A stretch of 64,000 nucleotides of DNA. Origin: Myxococcota bacterium (GTDB taxonomy: Bacteria > Myxococcota_A > UBA796 > CAJQPC01). The DNA lies in assembly GCA_036012755.1 (NCBI GenBank), contig DASCPX010000040.1, forward strand, positions 32,001 through 96,000, read 5' to 3'. The stretch's first letter is position 1. Each line of letters starts with the position of its first letter. The notes under the pieces are model-generated. The model did no database searches and was not told where the DNA came from. It saw only the letters and a list, made by a program, of their open reading frames with translations. Of the stretch, positions 18,884 through 29,413 are shown piece after piece. The position numbers and the translations under genes were made by a program.

Positions 18884-19714
18884 GTGAGAGCCCTCGAGCA
18901 CGTCCTCAGCCAGGATCCACCGGACTCGCCGAGCTCGGTGGAGCAATGGTGGGAGGGCTATCGCGCGCTCCCCTGGTCCGATTCCTGGGAGCTCGCGCTG
19001 GTCGGCGGCTGGTCCTCGGCGTGCATGGGCTACGCCTTCGCCAGCGGCTACCAGGGTGCCGCGCGCGCGCTCTTCGCCGATCCCACCGAGCTCTGGGCGC
19101 TCTGTGCCACGGAGACCGCCGGCAACCACCCCCGAGCCATAGAGACCCGCCTGGATGCCGGGCGGCTCTACGGAGAGAAGAGCTTCGTCACCCTCGGCAT
19201 GGCGGCGACTCGCCTCGCGGTGGTCTGCCACGAGGGCACCGTAGCGGGACGCAAGCGGATCCGAGTCGCGCTCGTCGAGGCGGGGGCGGTGGAGATGCAG
19301 GCGATCCCGCCGCTATCGGTGATCCCCGAGATCGGTCACGCGCGCTGCGTTCTCGACGGCGTGGAGGCCGCAGAGGTCCTCGACGGGGACGGCTACCTGC
19401 GCGTGCTCAAGCCCTTCCGCACCATCGAGGATCTGCACGTCCAGATTGCCTTCTGCGGGCTCGTCCTTCGCCACCTCGAGGAGCGCTCCGATCGAGCCGA
19501 GGTCGTCGCCAGGGTGACGGCGCTGGCCGCGCTGACCCGTGAGGATCCCCTCGATCCCTCGGTACACATCGCCCTCGGCGGTCTGCTGGAGTGGGACATC
19601 GAGCGCCTGGGCACGGCGATCCCGAACTGGGAGCGTGACCGCGCGCTGCTGGGGGTCGCGGCGGGGGCCCAAGCACGGCGCCTGGAGCGCGCCTGGGATC
19701 AGATGTCCTTGTAG
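18884..19714 (+). CDS. Acyl-CoA dehydrogenase-like protein
   Basis: GYAFASGYQ, ALCATE..GNHPRAI, LYGEKSFVT, PEIGHA, GDGYLRVLKPFRTIEDLHV. Start re-called to GTG 18884 after GGAG. Confidence 0.75.
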   Translation: MRALEHVLSQDPPDSPSSVEQWWEGYRALPWSDSWELALVGGWSSACMGYAFASGYQGAARALFADPTELWALCATETAGNHPRAIETRLDAGRLYGEKSFVTLGMAATRLAVVCHEGTVAGRKRIRVALVEAGAVEMQAIPPLSVIPEIGHARCVLDGVEAAEVLDGDGYLRVLKPFRTIEDLHVQIAFCGLVLRHLEERSDRAEVVARVTALAALTREDPLDPSVHIALGGLLEWDIERLGTAIPNWERDRALLGVAAGAQARRLERAWDQMSL

Positions 19715-20883
19715 GAGGTCTTCCGGCCCCGCAGCTTGACGCCCGCGAAGGCAAGCAGCGCGAGCACCACCAGGACCGGCCCGAAGACGATGGGGTCGGC
19801 CTTGCGATAGCTGACCAGGTAGTCGACCCAGAACGCCAGGCCGATGGGATGCAGCGCGCCGTCGGGGCCGTCGAAGCGCATGGCGTCGACCGAGCCCCGG
19901 ATGGCCGTGTCGACCTGGGAGAGGTCGCCGTCGCCCTCGCCCTTGGGGCGCGTCACCGCCCAGGTGAGCACCTGGCCCTGGTCATAAGGCGCCACGGCCA
20001 TCTCTATGAAGCGATCCTGGATCTCGGGGAGGGTGTAGAGGAAGGCCAGGCGCTCGTCGGCACCGGTCGTGACCCTGGACGCGCTCTTCACGGTCTCGGC
20101 GCTGGCGCCGAAGAAGTGCTGGCGGATGCCGAGATCCTGGCCCTCGAAGCTGTGCTCGTCGATGACGCCGATGTAGAGCGGATAGGCGCCGCAGCTCAGC
20201 ATCAGCGCGGCCTCACCGTCGGGGTAGGGGTGGACCGCGACCCAGCAGGTGTCCGGTTCGATCTCGTGCTTCAGGAGCTCGCTGGCCAGGCGACGGGTCT
20301 CGCCGAGTTCCGTCTTCAGCGGGTTCCGCCAGCCCGGCGGGAGCTGGGTCTCGTAGCCGGCGGGCGCTCCGAAGTCGTTCAGGGTGGAGGTGTCCTCTGC
20401 CGGCTTGCCGATCTCGAGATGCTCGTCCCAGGTGTCGAGGGCGTCCTCGGCCCGTGACCGATTGCGGGTCACGGCCATCGCCGAGACGTGCACCGTGCGC
20501 CCGCTGACCGGGAAGCTCCGCTGGAGCAGCAGCGCCTGCTGCTGCCCGTTGAAGCGGTAGGAGAGCTCGATCTCGGCGCGCTTGGTGCCGTCGACGTCGA
20601 CGACCCCGGTCGAGACCATCTCGACCTTGTCGTGCCCCTCCTCGCGCAGCCGCTCCGCCGCCAGCCCCGCCCAGATCCGGGCGCTGTCATCGTCGATGTC
20701 GACCTGCCACATCGTGTAGCCCACGTGGACCGAGACCGTGTTGCGATCGTCCACCGCGTCGAGATCCCAGTCGCTCCAGCGGGGCACCGACCATTCATCG
20801 GGCAGCGTCGCCGTGATCCCTACGTCGCCGATGTAGAGTTCGTCGTCTTCGGCCATCGCCAAACCGGCCAGCAACCACATCAT
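19699..20883 (-). CDS. Exported protein with C-terminal TM anchor and basic tail
   Basis: Signal MMWLLAGLAMA. C-terminus PVLVVLALLAFAGVKLRGRK. Confidence 0.7.
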   Translation of the reverse strand: MMWLLAGLAMAEDDELYIGDVGITATLPDEWSVPRWSDWDLDAVDDRNTVSVHVGYTMWQVDIDDDSARIWAGLAAERLREEGHDKVEMVSTGVVDVDGTKRAEIELSYRFNGQQQALLLQRSFPVSGRTVHVSAMAVTRNRSRAEDALDTWDEHLEIGKPAEDTSTLNDFGAPAGYETQLPPGWRNPLKTELGETRRLASELLKHEIEPDTCWVAVHPYPDGEAALMLSCGAYPLYIGVIDEHSFEGQDLGIRQHFFGASAETVKSASRVTTGADERLAFLYTLPEIQDRFIEMAVAPYDQGQVLTWAVTRPKGEGDGDLSQVDTAIRGSVDAMRFDGPDGALHPIGLAFWVDYLVSYRKADPIVFGPVLVVLALLAFAGVKLRGRKTSYKDI

Positions 20884-20953
20884 TCGACAAGCCCTCTCGG
20901 TGTGGCAGGTCTATAGCCCCTGATAGACTCGGCTGTCGCACCCCCCACGGGAC

Positions 20954-22450
20954 ATGGCACCCCGAAACCACCGTCTCCGCGTGCTCGTGATCGAAGACGA
21001 CCTCACGAGCGCGACCCTGATTCGAAAGGTCCTTGAGAGCCGAGGCCACGAGGCGGTGGTCTGCGAGACCGCCGAGGATGGGCTGGAGGCACACGAGCGC
21101 ACGCCGTTTTCCTTGATGGTCGTCGACTGGTTGCTGCCCGGAATGAGCGGGGTCGAGTTCTGCGAGGAGGTCCGCACCGCCGCCGCGAACGTCGACGTCG
21201 TGATCCTGATGGTCACGGGACGCGACAGCGCAGAGGACCTGGCGACGGTGCTCGCCGCCGGAGCGTCGGACTTCCTCGCCAAGCCGCTCCCACCGAGCCA
21301 CCTCGCGACCCGCCTGGCCGTCGCCGAGCGGACCGTGGGCGAGCGACACCGGCGGCGTCAGGTCGAGACCGCCCTGTCAGTGGCCAAGGCGGAGTTCGAG
21401 ATCATCTTCAGGTCGATCCCGGACGCGGTCGTCTTCACCGACGGCGACGAGCTCATCCAGCGGGTGAACCCGGCGTTTTCCCAGCTCTTCGGCTTCGACC
21501 AGGACGAGGTCATCGGAAAGAAGGTAGGCGTCCTGGTCGCCAGGCGGTCGGCCCTTCCGGTCGCGCGCTTCGACGCAGAGGACCGCGGGACCACCGCCGT
21601 CCTCGCCCGCAAGGAGGGGAGCCAGTTCGTCGCGGACATCACCAAGGCAGAGGTGCGCGACGGCGAGGGGCGGGTCACCGGCGACCTGACGATCTTCCGA
21701 GACATCACCGAGCAGAGGCGACTCGAAGCGCGCCTGCAGGTCGCAGATCGCATGGCTTCGATGGGCACCCTCGCCGCCGGCGTCGCCCACGAGATCAACA
21801 ACCCCCTCACCTTCATCATGGGGAACCTGAACTACCTCGGCGCCGAGCTGCGCGAGATGGCGCAGGTCGACACGTCCCCGCGGCTCAGGGAGCTCGAGCA
21901 GACCGTGAAGGAGGCGCTGGAGGGCAGCGACCGTGTCCGGCGCATCGTGCGCGAGCTGAAGGCCTTCGCCCGTGGAGACGAAGACGAGGTCGGGCCTGTC
22001 GACGTCCACGAGGTGCTGGAGAAGACGCTGTCCCTGGCCAAGAACAACATCCGCCACAAGGCCCAGCTCGTGCGCGACTACGGCGAGGTGCCGCCGGTCC
22101 ACGGGAACCCCTCGAAGCTCGGGCAGGTCTTCCTGAACCTCCTCGTCAACGCCGCGGAGGCCTTGCCCGCCGGCCGCGCCCCGGAACACGAGATCCGACT
22201 GAAGACCGGCTTGGCAGAGGACGGCCGCGTAGTCGTGAGCGTCAGCGACAGCGGTCCCGGGGTTCCCCCAGAGGTCCGCGCCGAGATCTTCAACCCCTTC
22301 TACACGACCAAGCCGGTCGGCCAGGGCACCGGCCTGGGCCTGGCGATCTGCCACGGCATCGTGACGAGCCTCGGCGGAGAGATCATGCTCGACTCCCAGG
22401 AGGGCCACGGCGCCACCTTCACCGTCTGGCTGCTGACCGAGGCAGCGTGA
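20954..22450 (+). CDS. Hybrid sensor kinase (REC-PAS-HisKA-HATPase)
   Basis: VLVIEDD...VDWLLPGMSG...FLAKP; PAS VNPAF; AHEINNPL; QVFLNLLVNA; DSGPGV, FYTTKPVGQGTGLGL. Confidence 0.95.
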   Translation: MAPRNHRLRVLVIEDDLTSATLIRKVLESRGHEAVVCETAEDGLEAHERTPFSLMVVDWLLPGMSGVEFCEEVRTAAANVDVVILMVTGRDSAEDLATVLAAGASDFLAKPLPPSHLATRLAVAERTVGERHRRRQVETALSVAKAEFEIIFRSIPDAVVFTDGDELIQRVNPAFSQLFGFDQDEVIGKKVGVLVARRSALPVARFDAEDRGTTAVLARKEGSQFVADITKAEVRDGEGRVTGDLTIFRDITEQRRLEARLQVADRMASMGTLAAGVAHEINNPLTFIMGNLNYLGAELREMAQVDTSPRLRELEQTVKEALEGSDRVRRIVRELKAFARGDEDEVGPVDVHEVLEKTLSLAKNNIRHKAQLVRDYGEVPPVHGNPSKLGQVFLNLLVNAAEALPAGRAPEHEIRLKTGLAEDGRVVVSVSDSGPGVPPEVRAEIFNPFYTTKPVGQGTGLGLAICHGIVTSLGGEIMLDSQEGHGATFTVWLLTEAA

Positions 22451-22953
22451 TCCCGGCCGCGGCGACCCTGGTCGTCATCCTGGCGACCAACTCGGTGGGT
22501 GAGGAGCCGATCGGCACCTGGGATGGCGCAGGTGACGCCGCCCACGACGGCTTCTTCCGCTACGACGACACCATCGAGGGCGAGGTGTGGCAGTCCTTTC
22601 GCCTGCGCAACGAGGGCGACGAGGACCTCGTCATCAGCCTGTTCGAGACCTGGACGGACGGAGGCCTCGACTGGGACTTCGACTCTTGCGGGGCCGCCGT
22701 CGACCTCGCGCCTGGAGAGGACTGCGAGATCCGCTCCACCTACGACGCCGCCAAGTCCGTCGAGGGCTACATGGAGGCGGAGTTCGTCGTGCACAGCGAC
22801 GACGAAGAGCGCCCCGAGCTGTCGATCGTCGTGTCCGCCAAAAAGCAAGGAGAGGGCTGCAACACCGCCGGCCCAGGAGGCTCCTTCTGGCTGCTCGGGT
22901 TGGCTCTCTTCGGCCTCCGGCGACGACTGGGAACGAACCGTGACCCAAGGTGA
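22447..22953 (+). CDS. Small Ig-like (ASH/choice-of-anchor D-like) protein with MYXO-CTERM sorting signal
   Basis: FRLRNEGDEDLVI, LAPGEDC, VHSDD. C-terminus GC-NTAGPGGSFWLLGLALFGLRRR. Confidence 0.75.
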   Translation: MIPAAATLVVILATNSVGEEPIGTWDGAGDAAHDGFFRYDDTIEGEVWQSFRLRNEGDEDLVISLFETWTDGGLDWDFDSCGAAVDLAPGEDCEIRSTYDAAKSVEGYMEAEFVVHSDDEERPELSIVVSAKKQGEGCNTAGPGGSFWLLGLALFGLRRRLGTNRDPR

Positions 22954-22992
22954 CACGCGCACGCGCGATGGTGCTCTCTTCGGTGGGCGAGA

Positions 22993-23541
22993 TTGGCCCA
23001 CGTGCTCGACATCAGCCGGACCGTCTCGCCGCTGGCGCTGATCGCCGAGGTCCGGGAGCGTCCATGGGATCTCTGGCGTCCGGGCTACCTCGTCCACCAA
23101 TGGGGCAGCCGCGTGCGCGTCCTCCAGCTGGAGGATTCAGAGGCCCGAGCTCGGGATGTCGACCTTCAGCGCTGGAGCTGGCAGCGCTCCGACCGCAACG
23201 TCCTCGCTGACTGGCTGCGGGCACTCAGGGACCTGACTCCGGCGCGGCGGACACCTGACTACGCGGTGGCCAAGGCCGCCCGTGAGGCCGCGCAGACGGC
23301 CCTGGCAAGACACGACACGGCGATGGCCGTCGACATGATCCGAGGCGGACTGGCGGCGGAGGGGCGCGACGAGCTGCTCCGGGTCCTGGAGATCCGGGCT
23401 CTCTACGCTCACGAAGAGCTCTCTCGGCTCGAGGCCGACTTCGCCTTGAAGGCCCTCCCCCTGGTCGGGCGTCGCGCCAGGGGCATGGCGACCCAGGTCA
23501 AGGCTTCACTCGCTCCCGTAGTGTGGCGATCTGCCTGCTGA
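22993..23541 (+). CDS. Hypothetical protein
   Basis: Open frame with helical composition that fills the gap. Overlaps the convergent argH end by ~44 bp. Confidence 0.5.
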   Translation: MAHVLDISRTVSPLALIAEVRERPWDLWRPGYLVHQWGSRVRVLQLEDSEARARDVDLQRWSWQRSDRNVLADWLRALRDLTPARRTPDYAVAKAAREAAQTALARHDTAMAVDMIRGGLAAEGRDELLRVLEIRALYAHEELSRLEADFALKALPLVGRRARGMATQVKASLAPVVWRSAC

Positions 23542-24865
23542 TCTCACTCCAGGCGGTGCCGCCGAAGCTCGTGCGCCGCTCCACGGAGGCCTCGGCGTCC
23601 AGCCATGACAGGGCCTCCTCGTCGAAGAGGGGGTGGTGCTCTCGCAGCACGTCGACGTCGAGGATCTCGAAGCCGGCGCCGCGGTCCTCGCAGTACTTCA
23701 CCAGCGCGCCGGCGATGTGGTGGGCCTCGCGGAAGGGCACGCCCCGGGCCGCCAGGTAGTCGGCGAGCTCGGTGGCGAGCGAGAAGTCCCCGACGAGGCG
23801 CTCCGAGTAGGCGTCGTCGATGCTCAGGGTGCGCCACATGCCGGCGCAGATGCGCGCACAGGCCGTCGTCGTGCGCACCGCGTCGAAGAGGGCCTCGCGG
23901 TCCTCCTGGAGGTCGCGGTTGTAGGCCAGCGGCAGACCCTTCACCATCACCAGGAGAGCGTTGAGCGAGCCGATGACACGCCCGGACTTGCCCCGGACGA
24001 GCTCGGCGGCGTCGGGGTTGCGCTTCTGCGGCATGATGCTCGAGCCGGTCGAGTAGCCCTCGCCCATGCGCACGATGCCGAACTCGGGGGTCGACCACAG
24101 CACGAGCTCCTCGGCCATGCGCGAGAGGTGGGTCATGGCGATGGCGCAGAGGCTGGCGACCTCGAGCTCGTGGTCGCGGCTGGCGACCGCGTCCATGGCG
24201 TTGTCCATGGGCTCGCCGAGATCGAGGAGCTCGGCGGTGCGATGTCGGTCGATGGGGTGCGGAGTCCCGGCCATCGCGCAGGCCCCGAGCGGGCAGCGCC
24301 GCACCCGCGCGAGCGCATCTGCGAGGCGGCCCCGATCCCTCTCGAGCATCCAGGCGTAGGCCAGCAGGTGGTGGGCGAGCCAGATGGGCTGTCCTCGCTG
24401 GAGATGGGTGAAGCCCGGCATCAGGGTGCGCCCGTCGGACTCGGCGCGGTCGACGAGCGCGAGGACCAGGCCGCGGAGCGCGTCGTCGAGGTGGGCGAGG
24501 TTGTCGACGAGCCAGAGGCGCACGTCGGTGGCCACCTGGTCGTTCCTCGAGCGGGCCGTGTGGAGCTTGCCGCCGGCCTCGGTCAGCTGGGTGAGCCGAG
24601 ACTCGACGGCCATGTGGACGTCCTCGAGCTCCATGCCCGGTGCGTAGGTCCCGTCGGAGAGCTCGGCGGCGACCCGGGCGAGGCCCTCCTCGATGGCAGC
24701 GAGCTCCTCGGCGCTCAAGAGCCCGACCTCAAAAAGCATGCGCGCATGGGCCCGCGAGCCACGGATGTCCTGGTCGGCCATCTGCAGATCAACGCCGAGG
24801 GACTCGCTGAAAGCCTGCATCTCGGCGGCGGGGCCACCCTCGAAGCGTCCGTCCCAGAGAGGCAT
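23498..24865 (-). CDS. argH: Argininosuccinate lyase
   Basis: [61 protein letters not shown]. Confidence 0.97.
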   Translation of the reverse strand: MPLWDGRFEGGPAAEMQAFSESLGVDLQMADQDIRGSRAHARMLFEVGLLSAEELAAIEEGLARVAAELSDGTYAPGMELEDVHMAVESRLTQLTEAGGKLHTARSRNDQVATDVRLWLVDNLAHLDDALRGLVLALVDRAESDGRTLMPGFTHLQRGQPIWLAHHLLAYAWMLERDRGRLADALARVRRCPLGACAMAGTPHPIDRHRTAELLDLGEPMDNAMDAVASRDHELEVASLCAIAMTHLSRMAEELVLWSTPEFGIVRMGEGYSTGSSIMPQKRNPDAAELVRGKSGRVIGSLNALLVMVKGLPLAYNRDLQEDREALFDAVRTTTACARICAGMWRTLSIDDAYSERLVGDFSLATELADYLAARGVPFREAHHIAGALVKYCEDRGAGFEILDVDVLREHHPLFDEEALSWLDAEASVERRTSFGGTAWSEISRQIATLRERVKP

Positions 24866-26094
24866 CAGGCCTTCTTGCGCTTCTTGAACTCCGGCTGGCC
24901 CGTGCGGCGGCGGACCTCGGCGATCGTCTTGTAGGGCAGTCCATAGAGCGCCATGAAGCCCTCTGCCCGGGTGCGGTCGAAGGTGTCCCCGTCGCTGTAG
25001 GTGGCGAGGCCCTCGTCGTAGAGCGAGTAGGGGCTGCGGCGGCCGGTGATGCGGGCGAGCCCGGCGCTCACGCGAACCCGGACCTCGCCGGTCACCGTGC
25101 GCTGGGACTCCTCGAGGAAGGCCTGGAGGCACTCGCGCAGCGGGCTGAACCACAGGCCGTCGTAGATCAGGTTCGCGAAGTCCTGGGACAGCTTGCGCTT
25201 GGTGTTGAAGGTGGCGCGGTCCATGCAGATCCGCTCGAGCTCCGTGTGGGCCATGTGGAGCAGGGTCGCCGCGGGGGCCTCGTAGACCTCGCGAGACTTC
25301 AGCCCGACGACGCGGTTCTCGACCATGTCGATGCGTCCGACGCCGAAGTGACCGGCGGTGTCGTTGAGGAACCCGACGATCTTCGTGGGGCTCATCGCGC
25401 GCCCGTCGATGCTGCAAGGGGTGCCCTGCTCGAAGCCGAGGATCAGCTCGACGCTGCCCTTGGGAGCGTGGCTGGGGTCCTTGGTCATGATCCAGGCGTC
25501 CTCTGGAGGCTCGACCCAGAGATCCTCCATCTCGCCGCACTCGATGGCGCAGCCCCAGATGTTCTGGTCGATCGAGTAGGGCTTCTCCAGGGTGATGGGG
25601 ACGGGGATGCCGCGCGCGGTGCAGTACTCGACCTCCATCTCCCGGGTGAGGAGCTCCCACTCGCGCAGGGGCGCGATGATCTTCAGCTGCGGCGCGAGGC
25701 TCTGGATCGCGACCTCGAAGCGGACCTGGTCGTTGCCCTTGCCGGTGCACCCGTGGGAGACGGCGTCCGCGCCGTTGGCGAGCGCCACCTCGACGAGCTT
25801 CCTGGCCAACAGCGGTCGGCCCAGGGCCGTGTGCATCGGGTACATGCCCTCGTAGACCGCCGATGCGTGGAGGGCGGGCACGATGTAGTCGTCGACGAAC
25901 TCCTCCGTGAGGTCCTCGACGACCGCCTTGACGGCGCCGGTGTTCAGGGCCTTCTGCTTGATGGCGCCAAGGTCTTCGTTCTGGCCGAGATCGCCCGTGA
26001 AGGTCAGGATCTCGGCGCCGCCGTAGTTCTCTGACAGCCAGGGGATCATGCAGGAGGTGTCGAGACCTCCGGAGTATGCGGTGACGATCTTCAT
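24865..26094 (-). CDS. argG: Argininosuccinate synthase
   Basis: AYSGGLDTS, HGCTGKGNDQVRFE, YSIDQNIWG, ENRVVGLKSREVYEAPA. Confidence 0.97.
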   Translation of the reverse strand: MKIVTAYSGGLDTSCMIPWLSENYGGAEILTFTGDLGQNEDLGAIKQKALNTGAVKAVVEDLTEEFVDDYIVPALHASAVYEGMYPMHTALGRPLLARKLVEVALANGADAVSHGCTGKGNDQVRFEVAIQSLAPQLKIIAPLREWELLTREMEVEYCTARGIPVPITLEKPYSIDQNIWGCAIECGEMEDLWVEPPEDAWIMTKDPSHAPKGSVELILGFEQGTPCSIDGRAMSPTKIVGFLNDTAGHFGVGRIDMVENRVVGLKSREVYEAPAATLLHMAHTELERICMDRATFNTKRKLSQDFANLIYDGLWFSPLRECLQAFLEESQRTVTGEVRVRVSAGLARITGRRSPYSLYDEGLATYSDGDTFDRTRAEGFMALYGLPYKTIAEVRRRTGQPEFKKRKKA

Positions 26095-26558
26095 AGGGCG
26101 CTCACATCTGCGAGGACTTCGAGCTTGCGGATGTCGTCCGCGAGCTCCGTGATCTTGGAGGGTTCGACGGGGATCAGCAGCACCGTGTCATCCCCAGCCA
26201 CGGTGCCGAGGACGTTGTCGTGACCCCAGTGGTCGAGGAAGCCCGCGACGCCCTCGGCCCGCCCGGCGAGGGTGCGGATCACGACGAGGTGCCCGTTGTG
26301 ACGGACGTTGAGGATCTCCATTCCGACCATGCGGCGAAGCACCTCGATGTAGCCGGCGCTCTTGTCTGCCTTGTAGAGAGGACCGGCCGGGGTGTTGCGG
26401 CGGATGATGCCCATGTCACGCAGGTCGCGGGAGAGCGTCGCCTGGGTGCAGTGGATCGCCTCCACCGCGAGCAGCTTGACGAGCTCCTCCTGGGAGCCGA
26501 TCCGGTATTCATGGATCAGGCGCTTGATGGCGCTACGGCGGAGGTCACGGGCTGTCAT
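26091..26558 (-). CDS. argR: Arginine repressor
   Basis: SQEELV, TQATLSRDL, VIRTLAG, LGTVAGDDTV. Confidence 0.93.
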   Translation of the reverse strand: MTARDLRRSAIKRLIHEYRIGSQEELVKLLAVEAIHCTQATLSRDLRDMGIIRRNTPAGPLYKADKSAGYIEVLRRMVGMEILNVRHNGHLVVIRTLAGRAEGVAGFLDHWGHDNVLGTVAGDDTVLLIPVEPSKITELADDIRKLEVLADVSAL

Positions 26559-26560
26559 CG

Positions 26561-26609
26561 GCCGCGCATATACACCGACGTGCATGACCATGCAACGCAT
26601 ATTCATGCG
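26561..26609. promoter_or_regulatory. ARG boxes upstream of argR-argG-argH
   Basis: Perfect TGCAT-GACC-ATGCA at 26581-26594, plus CGCAT-ATTC-ATGCG at 26596-26609. Both match the TGMAT-N4-ATKCA ArgR operator. Confidence 0.8.
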
Positions 26610-26614
26610 TCAGC

Positions 26615-27985
26615 TCAGAGGTCGGCCTTGTCCCAGCAGAGCGACAGGATGTTGTCCGCCTCCGGCTCATAGGTGATGCCATCGATCACCGGCATCGGAG
26701 TCGTGTCGAGCACTATTTCCTTGCACGCGCGGGTCTCCCTCTTGGAGAACTCCAGGTCCTCTGGGGCCGGGCCCGTGCCCGCGACGCTGCCGTCCGGCCA
26801 ATAAACCGGGATCGTGCCGCTCTCCACCGTCGGCCGCTCCGCCCCGAGGCCGACGAGGATCGTGTCGTCGGCGAGGGGCTTGATGCGAGCGGGCTGCACT
26901 GTCACGAGGTGAGCCGAGCAGTTCGTCTTCACCACCGCGCCCGTGCGCTCCATGCCCTCGAACTCGTAGATCTCCCCGATCCGGAAGGCCTGGCCGATGC
27001 GGCTGGAGTCGTAGCCGGGGATCTTCACGGGACCGGCGAGGGTGACCCCGACGCCTCCGCTCGAGGTGGGCTGGACGACCTGCTCTGATTCCACCGGCGG
27101 CCTCGCCTCGCTCAGGCCGTAGCCGAGGCCAACCGAGCCCTTCGGAAGGGCGGCGTCGAAGAGGAAGTCCCCCGTGTCCGCGCGCACGACGAGCTCGGAG
27201 TCGGCGATCCGCGTCTTGCCATCGAGTGGGTAGATCGCGACCCCCGCGTCGACCGTGGTCGATGTCTCGTCCGAGTAGGTCACCTCGAAGGTCCTCGGCA
27301 CCACAAGCGCGAGATCCTCCTTCGCCACCCAGAGATCGAGCACGTAGCCGTCGAGGCCGTTGTTCGGCAGCGCGTGGCAAGCGCCGCCGGGACTGCCGAG
27401 GGTGCGGACGTGGAGGAGGTCCCCGTCCTCGATGACCTCGACCGGCATCAGATCGACGCCCGGCTCGCGAAGCGCGGCCTGCATGCGGACCGGCGACGCA
27501 TCGTCCGACGAACGGAGCAGCGGCGCCCCGGCCCAGACCAGCACGACCTGGTTCTTGTCGAGCTTCGAGGTCCGGGTATCCGTCATCCAGTCACGCCCAG
27601 CCCAGCCCCACTCCGCCTCGACGGACCAGTCGAGCAGCTTCAGCTTCGTCCCGCCGTCATCCTTGACGCCGCGCGGCGCGCTCGTGGTCGAGGTCTTCTC
27701 CCGGCGCTCGTCCGGGTTCAGGAGCAGCGAAGGCGTCGCGATCTCGACCTCGTCGACCGGATCGCCCTTGAAGACGTGCACGAGGACCTCGGCCTTGCGG
27801 CCCTCGTGCTTCGCCTCGACGAAGACCACGTAGTCGGTCTTTCCGAGTGTCATGGGGAAGTGCTGCTCGTAGGGCAGCGCGACAGACTCATCGACGAGCG
27901 CGTGGCCCAGAGGGTCGACGACCTTCAGGTCCATGGCGAGGTCGTGATCGGCAGCAAGGGACAGCGACGACAGCAGCGCGAGCAC
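26615..27985 (-). CDS. Hypothetical secreted protein
   Basis: AGGAGG SD, then GTG 27985, giving MLALLSSLSLAA-DHD. Confidence 0.7.
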   Translation of the reverse strand: MLALLSSLSLAADHDLAMDLKVVDPLGHALVDESVALPYEQHFPMTLGKTDYVVFVEAKHEGRKAEVLVHVFKGDPVDEVEIATPSLLLNPDERREKTSTTSAPRGVKDDGGTKLKLLDWSVEAEWGWAGRDWMTDTRTSKLDKNQVVLVWAGAPLLRSSDDASPVRMQAALREPGVDLMPVEVIEDGDLLHVRTLGSPGGACHALPNNGLDGYVLDLWVAKEDLALVVPRTFEVTYSDETSTTVDAGVAIYPLDGKTRIADSELVVRADTGDFLFDAALPKGSVGLGYGLSEARPPVESEQVVQPTSSGGVGVTLAGPVKIPGYDSSRIGQAFRIGEIYEFEGMERTGAVVKTNCSAHLVTVQPARIKPLADDTILVGLGAERPTVESGTIPVYWPDGSVAGTGPAPEDLEFSKRETRACKEIVLDTTPMPVIDGITYEPEADNILSLCWDKADL

Positions 27986-28046
27986 GGGGAGCCTCCTGGA
28001 AGGCAGCTGCGATAACCCGGTTAGTCCCGCCCGATGCTCGAGCCCA

Positions 28047-29413
28047 TGAACCGGCGCTGGTTGACTGTCGCCGCTGGCATAGGCACCCTCACCGCCTTCG
28101 GCGCCGGTGGAGTCCTCCTCAGAGCGCCATCGGGGCATGGGCCGGTGACCGTAGAGGCTCGTCCCGACCGGCCCGACCTCGTCGTCGATGAGCTCGAGAC
28201 GCGTCCGCCGCGGACGACACGCCTCGGCGCAGAGGTCTTCGGCGTCAACGAGGGCCTGTCCCTTCCACAGCACGGCCTGACCCGGGCGATGAGCCCTTCC
28301 GACCGGCGCACGCTGCAGACCAGGGCGCAGCTCCTCGATCAACTCGGCACCAGCTGGGTCCGCGTGAACTCACACGGCTTCGGCGGACTCAACATGATGC
28401 AGGTCCAGGATGACTGGGCCGACTCTGATGCCCTGCTCTCGGAGATCGGGGTCGCGGGGTTCTCCGCCGTGGTGGTCATCGGACCGTGGCCGGGGACGAA
28501 GACCGGGAACTACACGAGCCGCTACCTGCCAGAGGACCTGGACGCCTACGCCGCCTGGGTCGAGGCCACCACCCGGCGCTACCAGGGCGAGGGCTGGCCC
28601 GAGATCGTCTGGGAGGTGGACAACGAACCCGACCTCCACAACAGCGAGCCGCCGCGCGGCGCGAAGACGAAGGTCAAGCCCGGTAGCTTCGAGACCCCCG
28701 CCGAGTACGCCACGGTGTTGCTCGTCACCGCCGCCGCCATCCGTCGAGCGGATCCCGACGCCCTGGTGCTCTCCGGCGGAATGTACCGGGCGATGACGCC
28801 GAAGGGCCGGACCTACCTGGAGCGAACGCTGGAGCAGCCCGGGGTGCGCGACGCCATCGACGGCATCTCGCTCCACTGCTACTTCGCGGAGTCGGAGCTC
28901 GATCCGCTCTACCGGCTCATGGCCGTCAGCAGGCAGGTGGCCCCGGACAAGCCGGTGTGGATCACCGAGACCAGCGTGCCCAGCGACGCCGCGCGAGCCG
29001 AGATCGCCAGCGAACAGTGGCAGGCGGAGATGGTCGTCGCCATCCACGGCGCCCTGTTGGCCGAGGGGGCCGATCACATCTTCTGGCACACGCTCTTCGA
29101 CGCGCCGGCGCCCGTGGGGGGCGGTCCCAGCGGAATGCGCACCAACAGCCTGTACCGGCTCGTCGGCGACGGCGTCTCCCACATCGAAGCCAAGCCCTCC
29201 GCCGAGACCTACCGGCGCCTTGCCCACCACCTCGCTGACCAGCCCCTGGACACCATGCAGCCCGAGGAGGGCTTCCTGCGCTTCCGCGACGGCGTGCTGG
29301 TCTACGAGGGAGTCATCGAGACCCCCGCGGACATCACCACCGTAGAGGACCTGCGGACCGGCGAGCAGCGAGGCGCCACCGAGCAGATCGAAGCGCCGGC
29401 CTGGGCCTTCTGA
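28047..29413 (+). CDS. Clan GH-A glycoside hydrolase (GH39/GH5-like)
   Basis: LGTSWVR, acid/base WEVDNEPD, DGISLHCY, nucleophile KPVWITE. N-terminal anchor. Confidence 0.8.
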